Shown here in pieces: positions 25,763 through 39,540 of a DNA stretch of 64,000 bases; positions within the stretch are counted from its first letter, which is position 1; each line of letters starts with the position of its first letter. Position numbers and translations under genes: made by a program. Source of the DNA: Octopus vulgaris (Eukaryota); the NCBI GenBank assembly GCA_951406725.2, contig OX597825.1:34038001-34102000 (forward strand). The letters run 5' to 3'. The notes beneath the pieces were generated by a model. The model saw only the letters and a program-made list of their open reading frames with translations, was not told the DNA's origin and did no database searches.

Positions 25763-26553
25763 TTATCAATAATTACAATATTATTAGATTTATAGTAATA
25801 TTCACTTGACAATACATATTATAATAGATTCTAATATATATCAAATATTACAATACAAGATAATCAATTCACAATACATACAAACAAATATATATATGTA
25901 TATAATATGTAAAAAACATACAGTTAGACCATGGCTTTTAGTATATAGTTCTTCTTAATATATACAGGTTCATGCGTGTGGGTAACAAATAGAAGCAACA
26001 TGTACATGTATTTATATACGCACGAATATACACCAATATCAATATGAGGATTATTTTCTTTTCATCAAAGTTGAAGTTAAAATTATACTTAAATTTGTAT
26101 TTTTATCCAACAAATTAATATAGTATCATAGAATAATTCCACTATCCCTTACTGGGTTGAACCCTTAACCCCTAACTTACTTTGTGTTGTAATATATATA
26201 TATATATAAATTAGAGATAAATCCACTATTAGGCAAATCAAACAGTGAAAAACATAAACCAAAACATAGAAATAAAATTAATTAATATAATATACAAAAT
26301 ATATAAAATATAAAATTCAAAATTTAAATCATTTAAATTTAAAGTTAAAAATTTTAAATTATTAATTTATATTTATAAATTTTTATATATATATATATTT
26401 TTTATTTTTATTTTTTATTTCTTTCTTTATTTATTTATTTATATTAAATATATATAACTTTCAAAAAGTATTAAAATGTTTGATATAATATAAAAAGTAA
26501 AACCACTACGATTGTCTCATGCCCATAACCTAATTCGAATGATGATGATGAAG

Positions 26554-27003
26554 ATATACATATTGGTCATGGTTTGTATTATGGTTTATATATAAATATT
26601 TATTCTTGAAATGTGGGTTTTTTGTTGTATAGTTTAGTTATATTGACTGGTTTTGTTGTGTGTGTATTACCATGAAGTCAAATGTCTTTTTGGGGAGCTA
26701 CAGTTTCTACTAATTTAGTTTCAGAAGTTCCTTATATTAGGGAAGCATTAGTTTATTGAATTTGGGGAGGATTTTTTTGTTGATGATGCTACTTTAAGTT
26801 GATTTTTTTTTTCATTCTTTGTTGCCCTTATTATTGTGGGTTTGGTTATTTTATATTTTTTTGCTTATACATGAGGGGAGTTCAGGTATTCCTTTAGGTT
26901 TAAACAGTGATTTAGATAAGATTCCTTTTCATCATTATCATAGATAAAAAGATGTTTTAGGTTTTCTTTTCATATTATTTGCATTAGTTGAATTAAGTTT
27001 ATA
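26554..27003 (+). pseudogene. cytb: NUMT: mitochondrial cytochrome b, middle part
   Basis: Invertebrate mito code: [43 protein letters not shown]; frameshifts. Confidence 0.92.
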
Positions 27004-27084
27004 AAATAGGATCTATTTTTTAATTGTTATGCCAAAAGTTGCTTGTTATGTTTATTTTCACACCAAATAATAAAAATAATGACT

Positions 27085-27247
27085 TGGTGCAGGAGTGGTA
27101 ATTAGCTTGCTTACCAACCACATGGTTCCAGGTTCATTCTCACTGCATGGCACCTTGGGCAAGTGTCTTTCACTATAGCTTTGTGAGTGGATTTGGTAGA
27201 CGGAAACTGAAAGAAGCCCGTCGTATATATGTATATATATATGTATG

Positions 27248-27301
<54 letters not shown>

Positions 27302-27725
27302 TATATATACATGTGTGTGTATATGTTTGTGTGTCTGTGTCTGTCTCCCCCACCCTCAACATTGCTTGACAAAGTTCGGCAAAAGAGACCCGATAGAATA
27401 AGTACTAGGCTTACAAAGAATAAGTCCTGGTGTTGATTTGCTTGACTAAAGGTGGTGCTCCAGTACGGCCACAGTCAAATGACTGAAACAAGTAAAAGTA
27501 AAGAGTAAAAGGAGAGATAATTAATATAATCTTGGCCTGAAATTGGAGGGGAAGGGGTAGACAATTACATCGACCCCAGTGCGCAACTGCTACATAATTT
27601 ATCGCCCCCGAAAGGATAAAAGGCAAAGTCAGAAAGGCAGAATTTGAACTCAGAACGTAGTGGCAGGTGAAATATCACTATGCATTTTGCCCAGCATACT
27701 AATGATTCTGCCAGTTCATCACCTT
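27085..27725. mobile_element. Two SINEs (27085-27510 +, 27530-27725 -) inside the NUMT
   Basis: Match the two main SINE families of the window. Confidence 0.85.
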
Positions 27726-28127
27726 AATTAATAATTAAAATAATAAATACAACTGTTCAGCATCAAATATTGAACTGTGATTTATATTAAGGAAAATTAA
27801 TCGAAGATATTAAAATTTAATAATTTAATGGAATTGAGCCTTAAAAATATTATTTCCAAATTTATTGTATGAAAAAATATCTCTTATTCTTATTTTTCCT
27901 TAATATAACGTATTACAAAAGAAAGACAAATAAAAGAATAAAATCAGGATAAAAAAAAAGGATGAGAGAAAGAAAGGAAAAGAGAAGGAAGAGAGACAAA
28001 AGAAACATCAATGCAATACAAAGTGCTACATTTGGTCTCACACCACAAATTTCAAAGGAAACTACTGAAGCCAGCCAGCATGCTCACAACATTACCACGG
28101 GACAATGGCAAGGCTAAGGTATTGGAA

Positions 28128-28520
28128 TTGTTTCCTAATTGGGGGATGTGGAAAATTCTATTCCTACAAATCCTTTAGTTACTCCTATCCATATTAAACC
28201 TGAGTGGTATTTTTTATTTGCTCTATTTTATGGTTGATTCCAAACAAATTAGGGGTGGAGTTGTTAGTTTGGTAATATTATTGTTTTATTTGTTTGTCTT
28301 CTTTTACATATTAGAGGGTGTATAGGATTAAGTTATAATTTTTTAGAGTAGTTTTGTTCTTGATTTCTGGTTGGTGTTTTTTGTTGTTTTTTTTACACGG
28401 ACTGGAAGTTGTCCTGTTGAAATGATTAAGCAGATATGAAATGATTAAGCAGATTTTTAAGGTGATATATATATATATATTTTTTTTTTTAGTTCAGTGT
28501 ATTTTAGATATGGTATGGAT
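28128..28520 (+). pseudogene. cytb: NUMT: cytochrome b C-terminal part
   Basis: [27 protein letters not shown] (PEWY motif), IPNKLG, TGSCPVE. Confidence 0.92.
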
Positions 28521-28542
28521 ATATATATATATATTAGATTAT

Positions 28543-28607
28543 TAGATTATATTGGATAAATAAGGGTTTTGAAAACCTTTTGTAAGTGTTTGATTTACTT
28601 GTAACCA
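28543..28607 (+). pseudogene. trnS2: NUMT: mt tRNA-Ser(UGA) remnant
   Basis: Anticodon arm aagggttTTGAAAacctt directly after cytb; matches expected octopod gene order. Confidence 0.6.
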
Positions 28608-28671
28608 ATTATAAAAATGTAGTATTTAATTTTGGTTTGCCAAACCAATGTTTTATATAAACTATTATAAC
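28608..28671 (-). pseudogene. trnT: NUMT: mt tRNA-Thr remnant (opposite strand)
   Basis: Acceptor-like ttataa ends, D-arm gtttatataaaac, anticodon arm ttggtt...aaccaa with mutated loop; position between trnS2 and nad4L. Confidence 0.5.
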
Positions 28672-28675
28672 AGTT

Positions 28676-28850
28676 ATGATAATAAATACTTGTTTATTTA
28701 TAGGAGTGTATATATAATTGTGTGGCAGGGGCTGGTATTTTGTTTAATTATTTCAGTGAAAACATATTTCAAATATTCTATTAGGTTTTTGAAGTGTTGA
28801 CATTGAGGGTTGTTTTATGTATCTGTTTTCTTTAGATATAATTAGATTGA
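28676..28850 (+). pseudogene. nad4L: NUMT: nad4L 5' part
   Basis: CLFMGVYM...LFQWKHISNILLGF-EVLTL resembles molluscan ND4L. Confidence 0.65.
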
Positions 28851-28893
28851 ATTTTTAGAAGAAAAACACTTTCAAGTAAGTTATCTTAATCAC

Positions 28894-29329
28894 TTATGGC
28901 AAGATATCAATATATATGCCATTTTTACCAGAGCATAAGTCATTTTCAGCTGAATTTACATAATATCCTTCATTCTCAGTGAAACGTAAATCACTGTGAA
29001 CTGTATCTGAGCCATTTTCATATTTATCATTTACATTTGAATATATATCCTTTTTAGCTATATACATATATTCTTCAACATTATCATCAACCATACATAA
29101 ATCTTTTATGACAGAATAATATGCATCAGTGGAATGCAATTCCCTTTCCATCATGCAAGGATCATTTCTAATTGAATGTGCATTATTTGGGGGCAATATC
29201 TCTGCTGCTTGCTGTTTCAAAGTATTATTTAGTTGTGATTCTATCTCCTCTGGTAAACAGGTCGTTGTGGTACTCTTCTTGGTCTTTTCTTCAGATATCA
29301 CATTTGATTTGGATTTCTTGTACCTGTGT
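28894..29329 (-). CDS. Probable terminal exon of a host gene; acidic, Tyr-motif-rich segment resembling a receptor cytoplasmic tail
   Basis: Acceptor cattttcttag|ac at 29330; ~144 open codons in AT-rich non-repeat DNA (HRYKKSKSN...EEYMY...GYYVN...GIYIDILP*). Confidence 0.65.
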
Positions 29330-29454
29330 CTAAGAAAATGTTAGCATATTTAATCAGACAACATTAAGTAGATTTTAGAATTAAATTTTGTTAATAATCA
29401 CAAAAAAAAAGAAATAATAATACTTCTTACTAATCTTGTTTTATAATGATAATG

Positions 29455-29850
29455 ATGGTTTCAAAATTAGGAACAAGGCCAGTAATTTGGGGCTGGTGGG
29501 GAGTCAATTGGTATATATTATATTAACCCCAGAAGAATGAAGCACTAATTTAACTTCAGTGGTATTTGAACTTAGCATGTAAATATCCAGAAGAAATGCT
29601 GCTAAATATTGTATTTAACATGACAACAACTGTCAGTTTGATTCATCCTAATAATAATAGTAATAATCTTTTTATAGGCTCATGGTCTGAAATTTGGGAG
29701 GAGAGGGTTAGTCAGTTGCATTGATTCCAGTACTCAGCTGGATGAAAGGATGAAGTTAGCCTTGATGGTATTTGAACGCAGAACATAAACCATAAGAAAT
29801 ACTGCTTAGTATTTCGTCTGACATGGTAACACTTCTGCTAACTTAACACC
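29455..29850 (-). mobile_element. Two degenerate SINE copies (~210 bp family)
   Basis: Partial consensus matches (ggtatttgaac, gaaatactgct). Confidence 0.6.
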
Positions 29851-30400
29851 TTATCACAGACTACAAAAAGCAAAGATGTGGTATGAGAAAACCCCAAAAG
29901 GAATCACCAAGATGAAAAGTGCAAAATCTTGTGGGATGCAATGATTCAGTGCAATCACCTGACCAGACATTGGAAACTGAACATTGTTGTGGTGGAAAAA
30001 AAAGGAAGACCATGCATGATAATCAACATAGCATGACCCGGTGACAACAGGATCAAAGAGAAAGAAGAGAAACTGAACGACTACGACAATTTGAAGTGGG
30101 AAATACTAAGGTTGTGGTCATTGAGGAGAGTAGATGTGGTACCAATTGTAACTGGTGCACTTGGAAGTATCAGCACTCAACTACCAACTCAGCTCAAAAG
30201 GATTGGTACAAATGTAAAAGTAGAAGAACCTAAAAAAATCATCATTGCTTGAAACTGCAAGAATTCTTTGCAATGTTCTTGAAGCATGACCAGCACACAA
30301 GTGTCACCTTAGTCTGCTGGCTGTGGTCAGCTGACACTTTCCATGATACCCAGCAAAATAATCTGTGTGTTTTCATCAAATAATAATAATAATAATAATA
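29850..30400 (+). mobile_element. Degenerate R4/Dong-type non-LTR 3' fragment (REL endonuclease) ending in (TAA)n
   Basis: WYEKTP...KILWD...IVVVEK...VVPIVTGALGS. Confidence 0.8.
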
Positions 30401-30409
30401 TTAATGATC

Positions 30410-32540
30410 TTGTTTTTATTGACCACAAGATCTGAACAAAAAACATACAGGGATGATGCAATGCAAGGGTAGTTTAGCACAACAATTTGTACATACAATT
30501 AAACAATAACAATTAACAACAAAAAATAAACAATAAAATTCTCCACATAATGGGAGTTTATCCTAAGGACAACCAAGGAACTCCACACATTTTCCTCACT
30601 CTGACTTCCAAAGGCACCTCAAGCAAGCACCTCTCATCTTCTCAAACCCCCTGGCTTACAAGTGTATGTTCAGAGTAGGCCCATTCACATGGATCATCCT
30701 CACTACATTCACCCACCTTTCAACATCAATACTAGGAGGCAGCACTTTCCTCACCACCCTCATTTTCCTTTTCAAGTGGAACTTGAGAAAGTCAATGGGG
30801 GCTCAGCTGAAGAGAAAGTACCTGTCTTCAATCCTTTCAACCATGCCCACCACACTTCCTCTTTCGCCATAGCCATGAGACAGAGGAAAACTGCCTTCCC
30901 TCCATGGCCAAAAGAAGGTGGCTGGGTGATCCTCATGATGGAGTCATCTGATAACCAGATTTGTCCTACATGCATCAACAGCTGTTTGACAATGCTCCAC
31001 AAATTCGAAATGAGTGCATGCAGAGAAGTTTCATTGCCCTATCCACATCTAGGACATGTCTGTCTGATGGCACTTCCAAGCATGTAAAGCTTGTCTTGAA
31101 CTGGCAGAGCTCCCTGGTAACACTATTAGGCCAAGGATTTCTGGAAATTATAGATAGACTCCAGCCTGAAATTGCTCAAGAAAAGACCAGATAATTGATC
31201 CTTCCTAGAATTCCTCTGAGGTCATCGTTGCTTTTGCCCACCACTAATCTTCTATAGATTTCCAATGTAGAATTTCCACTGACTACATTGCCTGACTAGC
31301 AGAGGGCTGTGAGAGCCTGCTTACACTCCAGATGCAAAGTGCCCTTACTTGATCTATGCTTAATCCAGGACTGTTGCTCTATCAATGAGACTCAGTACAT
31401 GTCTGCATATCATTAGCCATGGCATTCCCAGTCCTCCACTCAGCACCTGTTGACAGCAGATGGACCGACTGAGGAGTGAGACATGTCCCTTCCACAGGAA
31501 GTGGGAAGAGCAATTGCTCCAGCTGATCAACCAGAAAAGAGGGCAAGGGACAACAGTCAGATAGTAGTAGATGACAGTAGTGATAACAGCTTTCTCTCTG
31601 CTTATTTCTGGGGGAGACTGGCTACCCAGTTTGTCACCCACTCCAAGTTCTTGTCTAACAGGAGGTCCAGACCAAACAAGACCCCAAGCAATTTAACCAG
31701 TCCTTCTGTCTAGTGTTCTACCATGCTATTAGATGGTATGGATCTGCCTCTCCAGTTGCTGAGCTGCAGGCCCAGTAACTTCTGGTTATTTTTTGCTCCT
31801 TTTGCTGCTTTGTACTCCCATACTGCAGTGGTGATTACCTCAATTTCTGAGACATTTGACACTATTACTGTGACATCATCCACATAAGCTGCCACAAACC
31901 TGCATTCTAGTTCATATGGTATGCCCCATGAAAGAACCAGCTCCTGTAGCAATGGCTCAAGAGCCATCTTGTACAAAAGGGGCAAGTGTGGGCATCCTTG
32001 TCAGACCAAACGCGCAATGCCAAATGATTGCGTCTGGTTTAATGTGGAGTAGTACCTCCACACTGGTTCCAGACCAATTCTCACAACAGGTCCACTTCAT
32101 CTTTAGGAGGTTGTAACTCCCACTGATGGAATTTCTGACATCTTTATCCCCACCATCCACCTTCGTAAATACATTGTCTGGAGCACATATTTTTTGTTCT
32201 GATAGCGAACCACAGAGTGTTTGGCAACCAGAACTTCAGTCTTGAAGAACACTGAAATGCCCATAAACTGCTTGGCTCTTGAGAGATGCCAAATATCAGG
32301 CATAATCTCTTTTAGTACACCTTCCACATCTGCCTGATTAGCCGTCTCTTGTCACTTTGTCTTTATAGAAACACATTTAGAAGACAACCAAAGATTTTTT
32401 TTTTCGAAGGTCTGGGGTCTCCTGCCCCTAAGCCCTAGACCATCACCTAATCACCCTTACCCATCTTGTTGCTTAACAACAACAACAACAGCAGCAGTAG
32501 CAGTAGCAGCCCAAAATGCTGCAGCAGTTTTCTGCCATGA
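30410..32540 (-). mobile_element. Degenerate Tx1/L1-clade LINE
   Basis: AAYVDDVTVIVS, IYYYLTVVPCP, GGLGMPWL; homologous to 41450-45100; AATAAA at 3' end. Confidence 0.8.
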
Positions 32541-35500
32541 GTTTTACTTGAACTTTGTCGAGAGTCAGCAACTGTTCAGAACAGAAGTATATTTCTGGAC
32601 ACAGTTTTTGCAATGAATGTGGAACCACTTGGACTGGGGATCAGTGACATTGCTGGGGCAGATATCACACTTGTAGTAATATTAGGAGTGTTTATTTCAT
32701 GCTCTCCAAGGCAAGAATGATTATATTGTTTTTGCAGTGTAGAAGGGGACATGACATACATGTCAATACTTCTATGATTTCTCCTCAGAGAGGCAGTGCC
32801 GATTTGACATGAAGTAGCTAAGCTGCAAGTGAACAACACCTTTGTGTGTAACATAAGGAAAGAATAGAGATTAGTGTTGTCTGCACAGGGAGTGTGAGCT
32901 GTGATAGAAGTCACAAGTAGGTTGTTGATGTTAAGGAGAGGAAATAACAGAATCATCAGCACATGCAGTTATGAAAGCTTCCTGCCTGGGAGACAAGAGA
33001 CATAATTATAACAGCTGAATTGGAATCTATGTTTAGCCACATGAAAACCATGAGTTGATCATGTGTGCAAATACATTTTCGGTCCTGTCAGCACCTCTTG
33101 CTTTTTGATCATGTGATAGTCTGGCAGCATGACTAGGACTTTCTGTGTGGAAAGAGCCTACAAATAGAGGTGGATTTAGTGTGAAAAAGCCAGAGTGAAT
33201 TTGGACTGAAAGTGAATTCAGTCTTTGGTAGAGTTTACTCTCACTCATAACTGTTCTCAGAGCTGCATATTCAACCTGGCATGATAGGTGAAGAAACATA
33301 CCATGGCTACACAACAAGAAGAACGTGCATTGATATGTAAAAAGCAGCCTAATATGAATTTCTGTTGGAGATCTCCTGCACCTGTAGTATACATCGTTTC
33401 ATATAAAATCTACTCTTCTTATATTGTATGAACACCTTCTGTATTAATGTAGCAAGTAAATTATGTATATATACTGACAATAAACTTTCCTTCATGAAAA
33501 CACTACAGATTGAACATATAAGTAAATGTCTTAATCAGGAGATTCTTGTACAAGAAAAAATCTTTGCTGATGTCAAATGCAATTGCTTTCACTAATTTTC
33601 TCAAGAGCAAGGAATTAAAGGCGATTAACAGAGAAAATCGGATACCCACTAGGCCAGTTTAACTGAAGCTGTATTTAGTACAGAATGAGAATGGAAAGAG
33701 GGTCAAGTTATTGGAGGAGTTGATTATCAACAACTGTTTCTATCACCTTTCAAATATTTGTAATAAGAGTGATAAATTAATAGTTTCCAGCATCAGGATA
33801 CAAAGTAATAAAGTGAGACCAAGGCACTTGAAGTTTCATGATGTCAGTACTCATCCCATTTATAACACACACTTCAGAAATCTAATTGGCCAATTAGTCA
33901 CCAATCGCTCAGATGAGCAAGAGAGACAAGTTAACTTTGTTCTTGCCAGAAAATGACACAGACAGATAGTTGTGCATACTGAAGCTATTTCTGTGTGGAA
34001 TGTATTCCTCCAAATAGATTAAATGTGAATAGCTTTGGATTAAAGATTAGGAAGATTAGGAAACAACAATGTAAACTCAGAAAAGATATAGAATATATAT
34101 CTATCAGTTAAAACTATCAAATTAGTATTGGTATCTAGTAGCTGCCTATCTAAATACACATTTATATAAGGAGCTATAAAACATAAGACTTTAAGATGTT
34201 CTTAAGAGATAACCTGCTGCATGTCATCTGTCCCCTCCTTGGATTAAACAGAACAACAGAAAATATTTAAAAATCTCTCTTCAATGATGGCTTGGAGGTA
34301 TATATCACTATACATGCACAATTAATATCATGGAAAACAGATTAATATTAACTCAAAGTTCAGATTATCTTACGGAGGAAGGCATAGCTAAGTGGTTTAT
34401 AAATTCACTTTGCAACTGTGAGGTCTTTAGTTTTATCCCATTCAATAGCACTATAGTCAAGTATCTTCTGCTATACTCATGGAGAGACATAAGCCTTGTG
34501 AATGAAGTTTTGTAAATGAGAACTGTATAGAAACTTGTTGGAAGAATCCTTCCTGTTTTTGTTTTGAATGGTAGACTCAATCAGCCAACTGGTTTTCTAA
34601 GACTACTTGACCTTTGGGTGCTTTTAATACAATTTCCCTTCGTCCTTCCAGTCTTATATGTCTTGAAAATGGGAGATGAGCACTGCTCTTCATCCTCTGA
34701 CTTAGTACAGTAAAAATAAAGAAAAAAAGTTAAAATAATAATGATACTCTAAAAGAGTCTCAGTAGTAAGATGTAGTTTTATATTACATACCTGATAACT
34801 ATGATACATAATATACAAAGCAGGACTATTATTGGTATAAGAACACTGCAAAGAATTACTGAAATGTTAAGAGAAAAATGGAAAGCATTAAAAAAGAGAA
34901 TTTGCTTGTTTGATTTTTGCTTCTTTAATGGTCAAACATTTCAACAATTTGTAGCTTTTTTGTTACCTTTAATATTATTTAAATTCATTCAAACACCATG
35001 AATCATTTTAATCACCTTTCATACTGTATTTAGGAGGAGAGCCATCTCAAATATTCTTTCTCAACCCAATTTGCTGCTTTCTCACTCCTCACACATCATC
35101 TGGACTGATTCGGGAGGCTGAGGTATTCTGTCTTTCTGAACAGTAGACACTGAATCCACACCTCCATCCAGTATGAAAGTAACTGAATTTACCACCAATC
35201 CACACTGTAGGATCCTAGCAACTAATTATCAGAGAGCAAAAGAGACAAATCAAGGAATCAGCATATAATTGCAACCAAATGTTCCTCAAATCACACTGTA
35301 TCATCTTAAGAAGGTAAGAAACACTTGAACAGCATGGAGTTAACCGAAAAAAGCAACTACCATCTAATCAATCTAAAACAGTTACAATAAGGACAGCTGT
35401 TATTTCACAAGACATTACTGTATTGTTAAAAAGATTGCTTCAAATCCATGTGGTTCCAGGTTCAATTTCCCTCTGCAAAATCTTGGGTTGGTGAATAAAT

Positions 35501-35929
35501 TACTTTTCCAATAGTTTTGTGTTGACCAATATCTTGTGAATGGTAGACAAAAATTGTGATGAATTCTGTTGTGTATACTATTTGTTTGTTCGTTTGTATG
35601 TTTGCATGTATGTATATACATACATAGGTAGGTAGATATGTACATACATATATATACATATGCATGTGTGAATGTGCGTGTATAAATTATATGCACTCGT
35701 ACACACACACACACACATACATATATGTATATATACCAGCATCATACATATACATGTATGTATATATACCATCATCAACATCGTATGTCAGTTTTCCATG
35801 TTGACATGGCCTGGGTGGTTTGACAGAATCCAAGAGATTAGGAGATGATGTTTGCTCAGATATCTCAGGTTCAGCATGGTTTTTACAGCTGGATATTCTT
35901 CCTAATTCCAACCTAATTCCAGTGCTTCC

Positions 35930-38345
35930 GTTCTTTTCTGTTTTCTGGTGCTAGAACGTGTAGTTTCAAATTATTTGGGTGTTGGTACCTCAAACGTGCC
36001 GTATAATACTTCCATAGGGATTTCATTTCTCGTGGCTGTTTTTTCTGTGAACCTTTCTTTTAAGCTGGTTAATATTTTTTTGTATTAAACATTTTTCCTT
36101 TTACCAGGAATATCATTCTTCCAATGTATTTAATTGTTACACCGTCCTTCCAGCTTTCTCTACCATATCTATAGATTAAAAAAAAAACTATGTCACCTAA
36201 CTTGAAGAATTTTGAAGTATTTTTGATTGGCTTTCTTATTTTCATTGGGCATCAGCGTATCAAAAACAGATCTGACCTTTCTAGCAAACATCAACTTTGC
36301 GGGTGACATTGCCTACGATGTATTCGGATTAAATGTTACTCGGTACACTCTTAGACGTTAGAATGCAAAATCGTCATAATTTCATTGCTCGCCTTTTCAA
36401 ACGCCCTCTTGAAAGTGTCAACAAAACACTCCGCTTGTCCATTTGACCTAGGATGATACGGCGGAGTGGTCACATGTAAAACAGAGGTTCTCAAACTTTT
36501 GGGTCCACCGGCCCCTCATAGCCACATAATACCCTCAGCGCCCCACCCCTATTTTTATGTATAAAGGAATATTATATATTTTAGCAATTTATATATACTA
36601 TGAATCATTTGATAATTAATATAATATTATCTAATTTATAATACTATAATAATAATATGATTAATTCATAGCGTCCCCAAATCCACTGCCTTCCTCCTAA
36701 CGCCTTCTTTTTCTCTACTGCCCCCACCTCAAGCCCCCTTAAACAACAGCGGCCACCTGGACCGGCTCAACACCCACCGACAGGCGGTAGCACCCACTTT
36801 GAGAAGCTATGATGTGAAATATGTATTCCAAATAATTAGGGTGTATGGCTTTTACTTTGAGGGTAGAAAAATCTGAATTTTTGTTACCGAAAATAAGATA
36901 TTTAGGACAAATCATTAACAAAAATGGACGTCGACCAGACTCGTCGGGGGCAGACACCTTTAAAAATATGCCCCCCTCTGACTAACATTGTTTCATTTAA
37001 TCTAGGTCTCCATGTACCTGTGTTAATCATTGAAATATCTCTGCCTGTTTCCAATTACGTTTGCGGAATTAATTTTTATATACAGAAATTTTCTTTCAGG
37101 CTTGTTTGTATTTTTTATCATCGATAATCCGTTTACCCGATTGTTTCTGTTGAAACGCTTTTTTATGTTCTGTCCTACAATGCAACTTTTTATGGCCTAT
37201 TTTACTACTCTCGAAGCATTTTATAAACGGACAATTATTTTTAAGATGTAGACCACTATACACATAACATGGATTCCGTTTTGACATTGTTTTGTCTTGT
37301 TTCTTATTCATTACCGGTCGAAATGGCTGTATCTGAGAGCAATCTTTTGCTTCACTTTTATTTGTCATATTGTTGATTTATAATACTCTGACATTCTTCA
37401 GCTACTGTTAAATTTTGGTCCTGTACTAATTTTGTTAATATCCGAGAACGTATTCCTGCCTCTTTGTTTGCAGTAAGCCCTTGATCAAACATTAAAGACT
37501 TGAACACGTCTGGGGTAAACTCATTCAATTTGAATTTCTCACAGTATCTATTAACCACTCTGGCATAAGTGACGAAATCTTCATCATCTTTTTTGACCAA
37601 GTTTAAACATTCCCCCGTGAGCATTGAACAGGGAACTTCTTTCACTGAAAATATTCGATAAAATATTGTTTCATCGAAACAAATCTCACCTGGCTTCTTT
37701 AGAAGAATATAATTACTATATTTTTTGTGTTCGGCAGGGGATAAGTTTCTCAAAAGTAGCCGTACATTTTTCTCGTCGGACCAACTTTTACACTCCACTT
37801 TGAAGATTTTTTTCATATCTGAGAACATATGCAGAAAAGGTAGTACCTTCTTCTGAATTCTTCAATTGACTTCGCTACGCTGCCTGACGAATACGAACCT
37901 GAAGTATTTCCGGACTTCTTCAACATTAATTCCAGCAACTGTTGGTTTTGATTTTGTTGCTGTTGTAGTTGATCCTGCAGCTGCTGTAGTTACTGCTGTT
38001 GTTGTTGCTGCTGTTACTTTTGCAACTGCACCACGGAGGCCCAATAAGTCTTCCATGTTAAAACGATGTACTTTTTGATTTTGTGCCAAAAAGAGCAAAA
38101 AAAAACATGAACTGCACACTTTGAACAACTCGTGACCACTTTTATATCCTTGTATTGCGTATATAATATAACGAAGCAGGTAGGCGGGGTAGTATATAGA
38201 CAATGCACTGCTATTACTCGAGACTCAACGTTTTATATCAAACTCTCATCGTGAACCGCCAATTGTTCACAGTTCTTTACTTTAGAATAATGGATCTGTC
38301 GACCTTTTAGTTACTTGAGCAGTGGTTGGAATCCTTCCACAACAA
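35930..38345 (-). mobile_element. Degenerate Ty3/Gypsy LTR retrotransposon (gag, zinc knuckle, RT scrap, integrase)
   Basis: WSDEKNVRLLLRNL gag; KIGHKKLHC knuckle; HVTTPPYHPRSNGQAECFVDTFK integrase; possible PBS TGGCG at ~38256-38260. Confidence 0.85.
36482..36811. mobile_element. hAT-like MITE nested in the Gypsy element
   Basis: cagaggttctcaaact ... cactttgagaagctatg inverted termini. Confidence 0.6.
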
Positions 38346-39176
38346 AATGTTAAATAGTCTTTATCCGACAACACTTGCTAAACAACAGCAAAACAAATAC
38401 ATAAACTTAGTCCTGAAAAGTGAAGTGAACAATATCTTACATATTGACAGTGAACTCCTCTGAAAGTACTCTTTTTCTGATGCTCATACAATCCTAAAAC
38501 AGCTGGAATAACACGCCTTAAAGAAGACCAGGATGTGAAATCTGAGTATACCAAAAAATATTATGCACGGCTATGTCTCCCGAAGATTTAAAAAAGACAA
38601 TATGAAAATGAATGGTAGCCTCTATTAGACTAACAACTGCTGCATCACAATTCAAAGGTTATGCATTTGCAATCTAAGAACAGATTGGTACAAAATACCT
38701 GGTAAACAACAGAGACAGTGAAGACTTTGGAGCCTCAAAATGCTACCAAAAATTCAGAGTATGTCATATTTCTATGACAAGCATCACACATTATTATCAG
38801 CTGGCCAAATATGTCATCAAAATACTATTTCTCTCTGTATTATGATGTTGTCACGAGAACAATAAACAATGCCATTCGAGGAAAAGACTGCTCTTGAATA
38901 AATATTGAGAACCTCCCTCTCGTTGTTAAATATATACATAAACATCAACACGAAGAGAAAATTGGCGGAACATGCTCATAATACTTCTGACACATGTAAA
39001 TATAACAGGCGGAATATGGTTGTTTGAGACAAATAAAAAGTAGGTACTGTTACAGAGATCATCTGCCCTGCAGATGTGAACATCTCATCGATAATCAAAG
39101 CGAAAGAGGATGACTAAGGATGGCTGCTTAGTTTTCAAAATTATATTCTTAAATACATTGTAAAGTAAACTCATAC

Positions 39177-39215
39177 TTGTTGTTGTTTGATCTTTCGTAC
39201 TTGTAGCATTAGCAC
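39177..39215 (-). CDS. 39-nt symmetric micro-exon (phase 1: -ANATSTKDQTTT)
   Basis: ttttgtttttatag|...|gtatgag; length is a multiple of 3; paralogue at 45311-45352. Confidence 0.6.
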
Positions 39216-39449
39216 CTATAAAAACAAAATTAAAAAAGTAGCATCAGTATCTCTAAAAACAAAATAAACAAAAATAAATAAAAAAGAAAGGATATCAATT
39301 AGCTATATTTAAACATTGTTTTTTGCATGTAATTTGCAATTAAATTCTGCCGTGTATATTTCATGGTTCTCTGTTAACTTGCAGCTTCCTTACTATTCTC
39401 AAAATAATCATTTAGTGTTCACACCTACAATTTGTATATAAAAATATAC

Positions 39450-39492
<43 letters not shown>

Positions 39493-39540
39493 CATACATA
39501 CATACATACATACATATACATATGTATATATATACATATA

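Noticed and set aside
26501-26530. 3' half of a hammerhead on the minus strand (GAGA-caatcg-TA-gtgg)
   Set aside because: GAAA is mutated and the 5' half is missing at the NUMT junction.
34365-35220. Candidate coding or transmembrane exons of the minus-strand gene
   Set aside because: Acceptor-like sites exist, but frames are short and no convincing donor or hydrophobic helix was found.
38441-38493. 53-nt exon with ag|...|gtaaga
   Set aside because: Plausible splice sites but weak polypyrimidine tract and uninformative translation; not supportable without RNA data.
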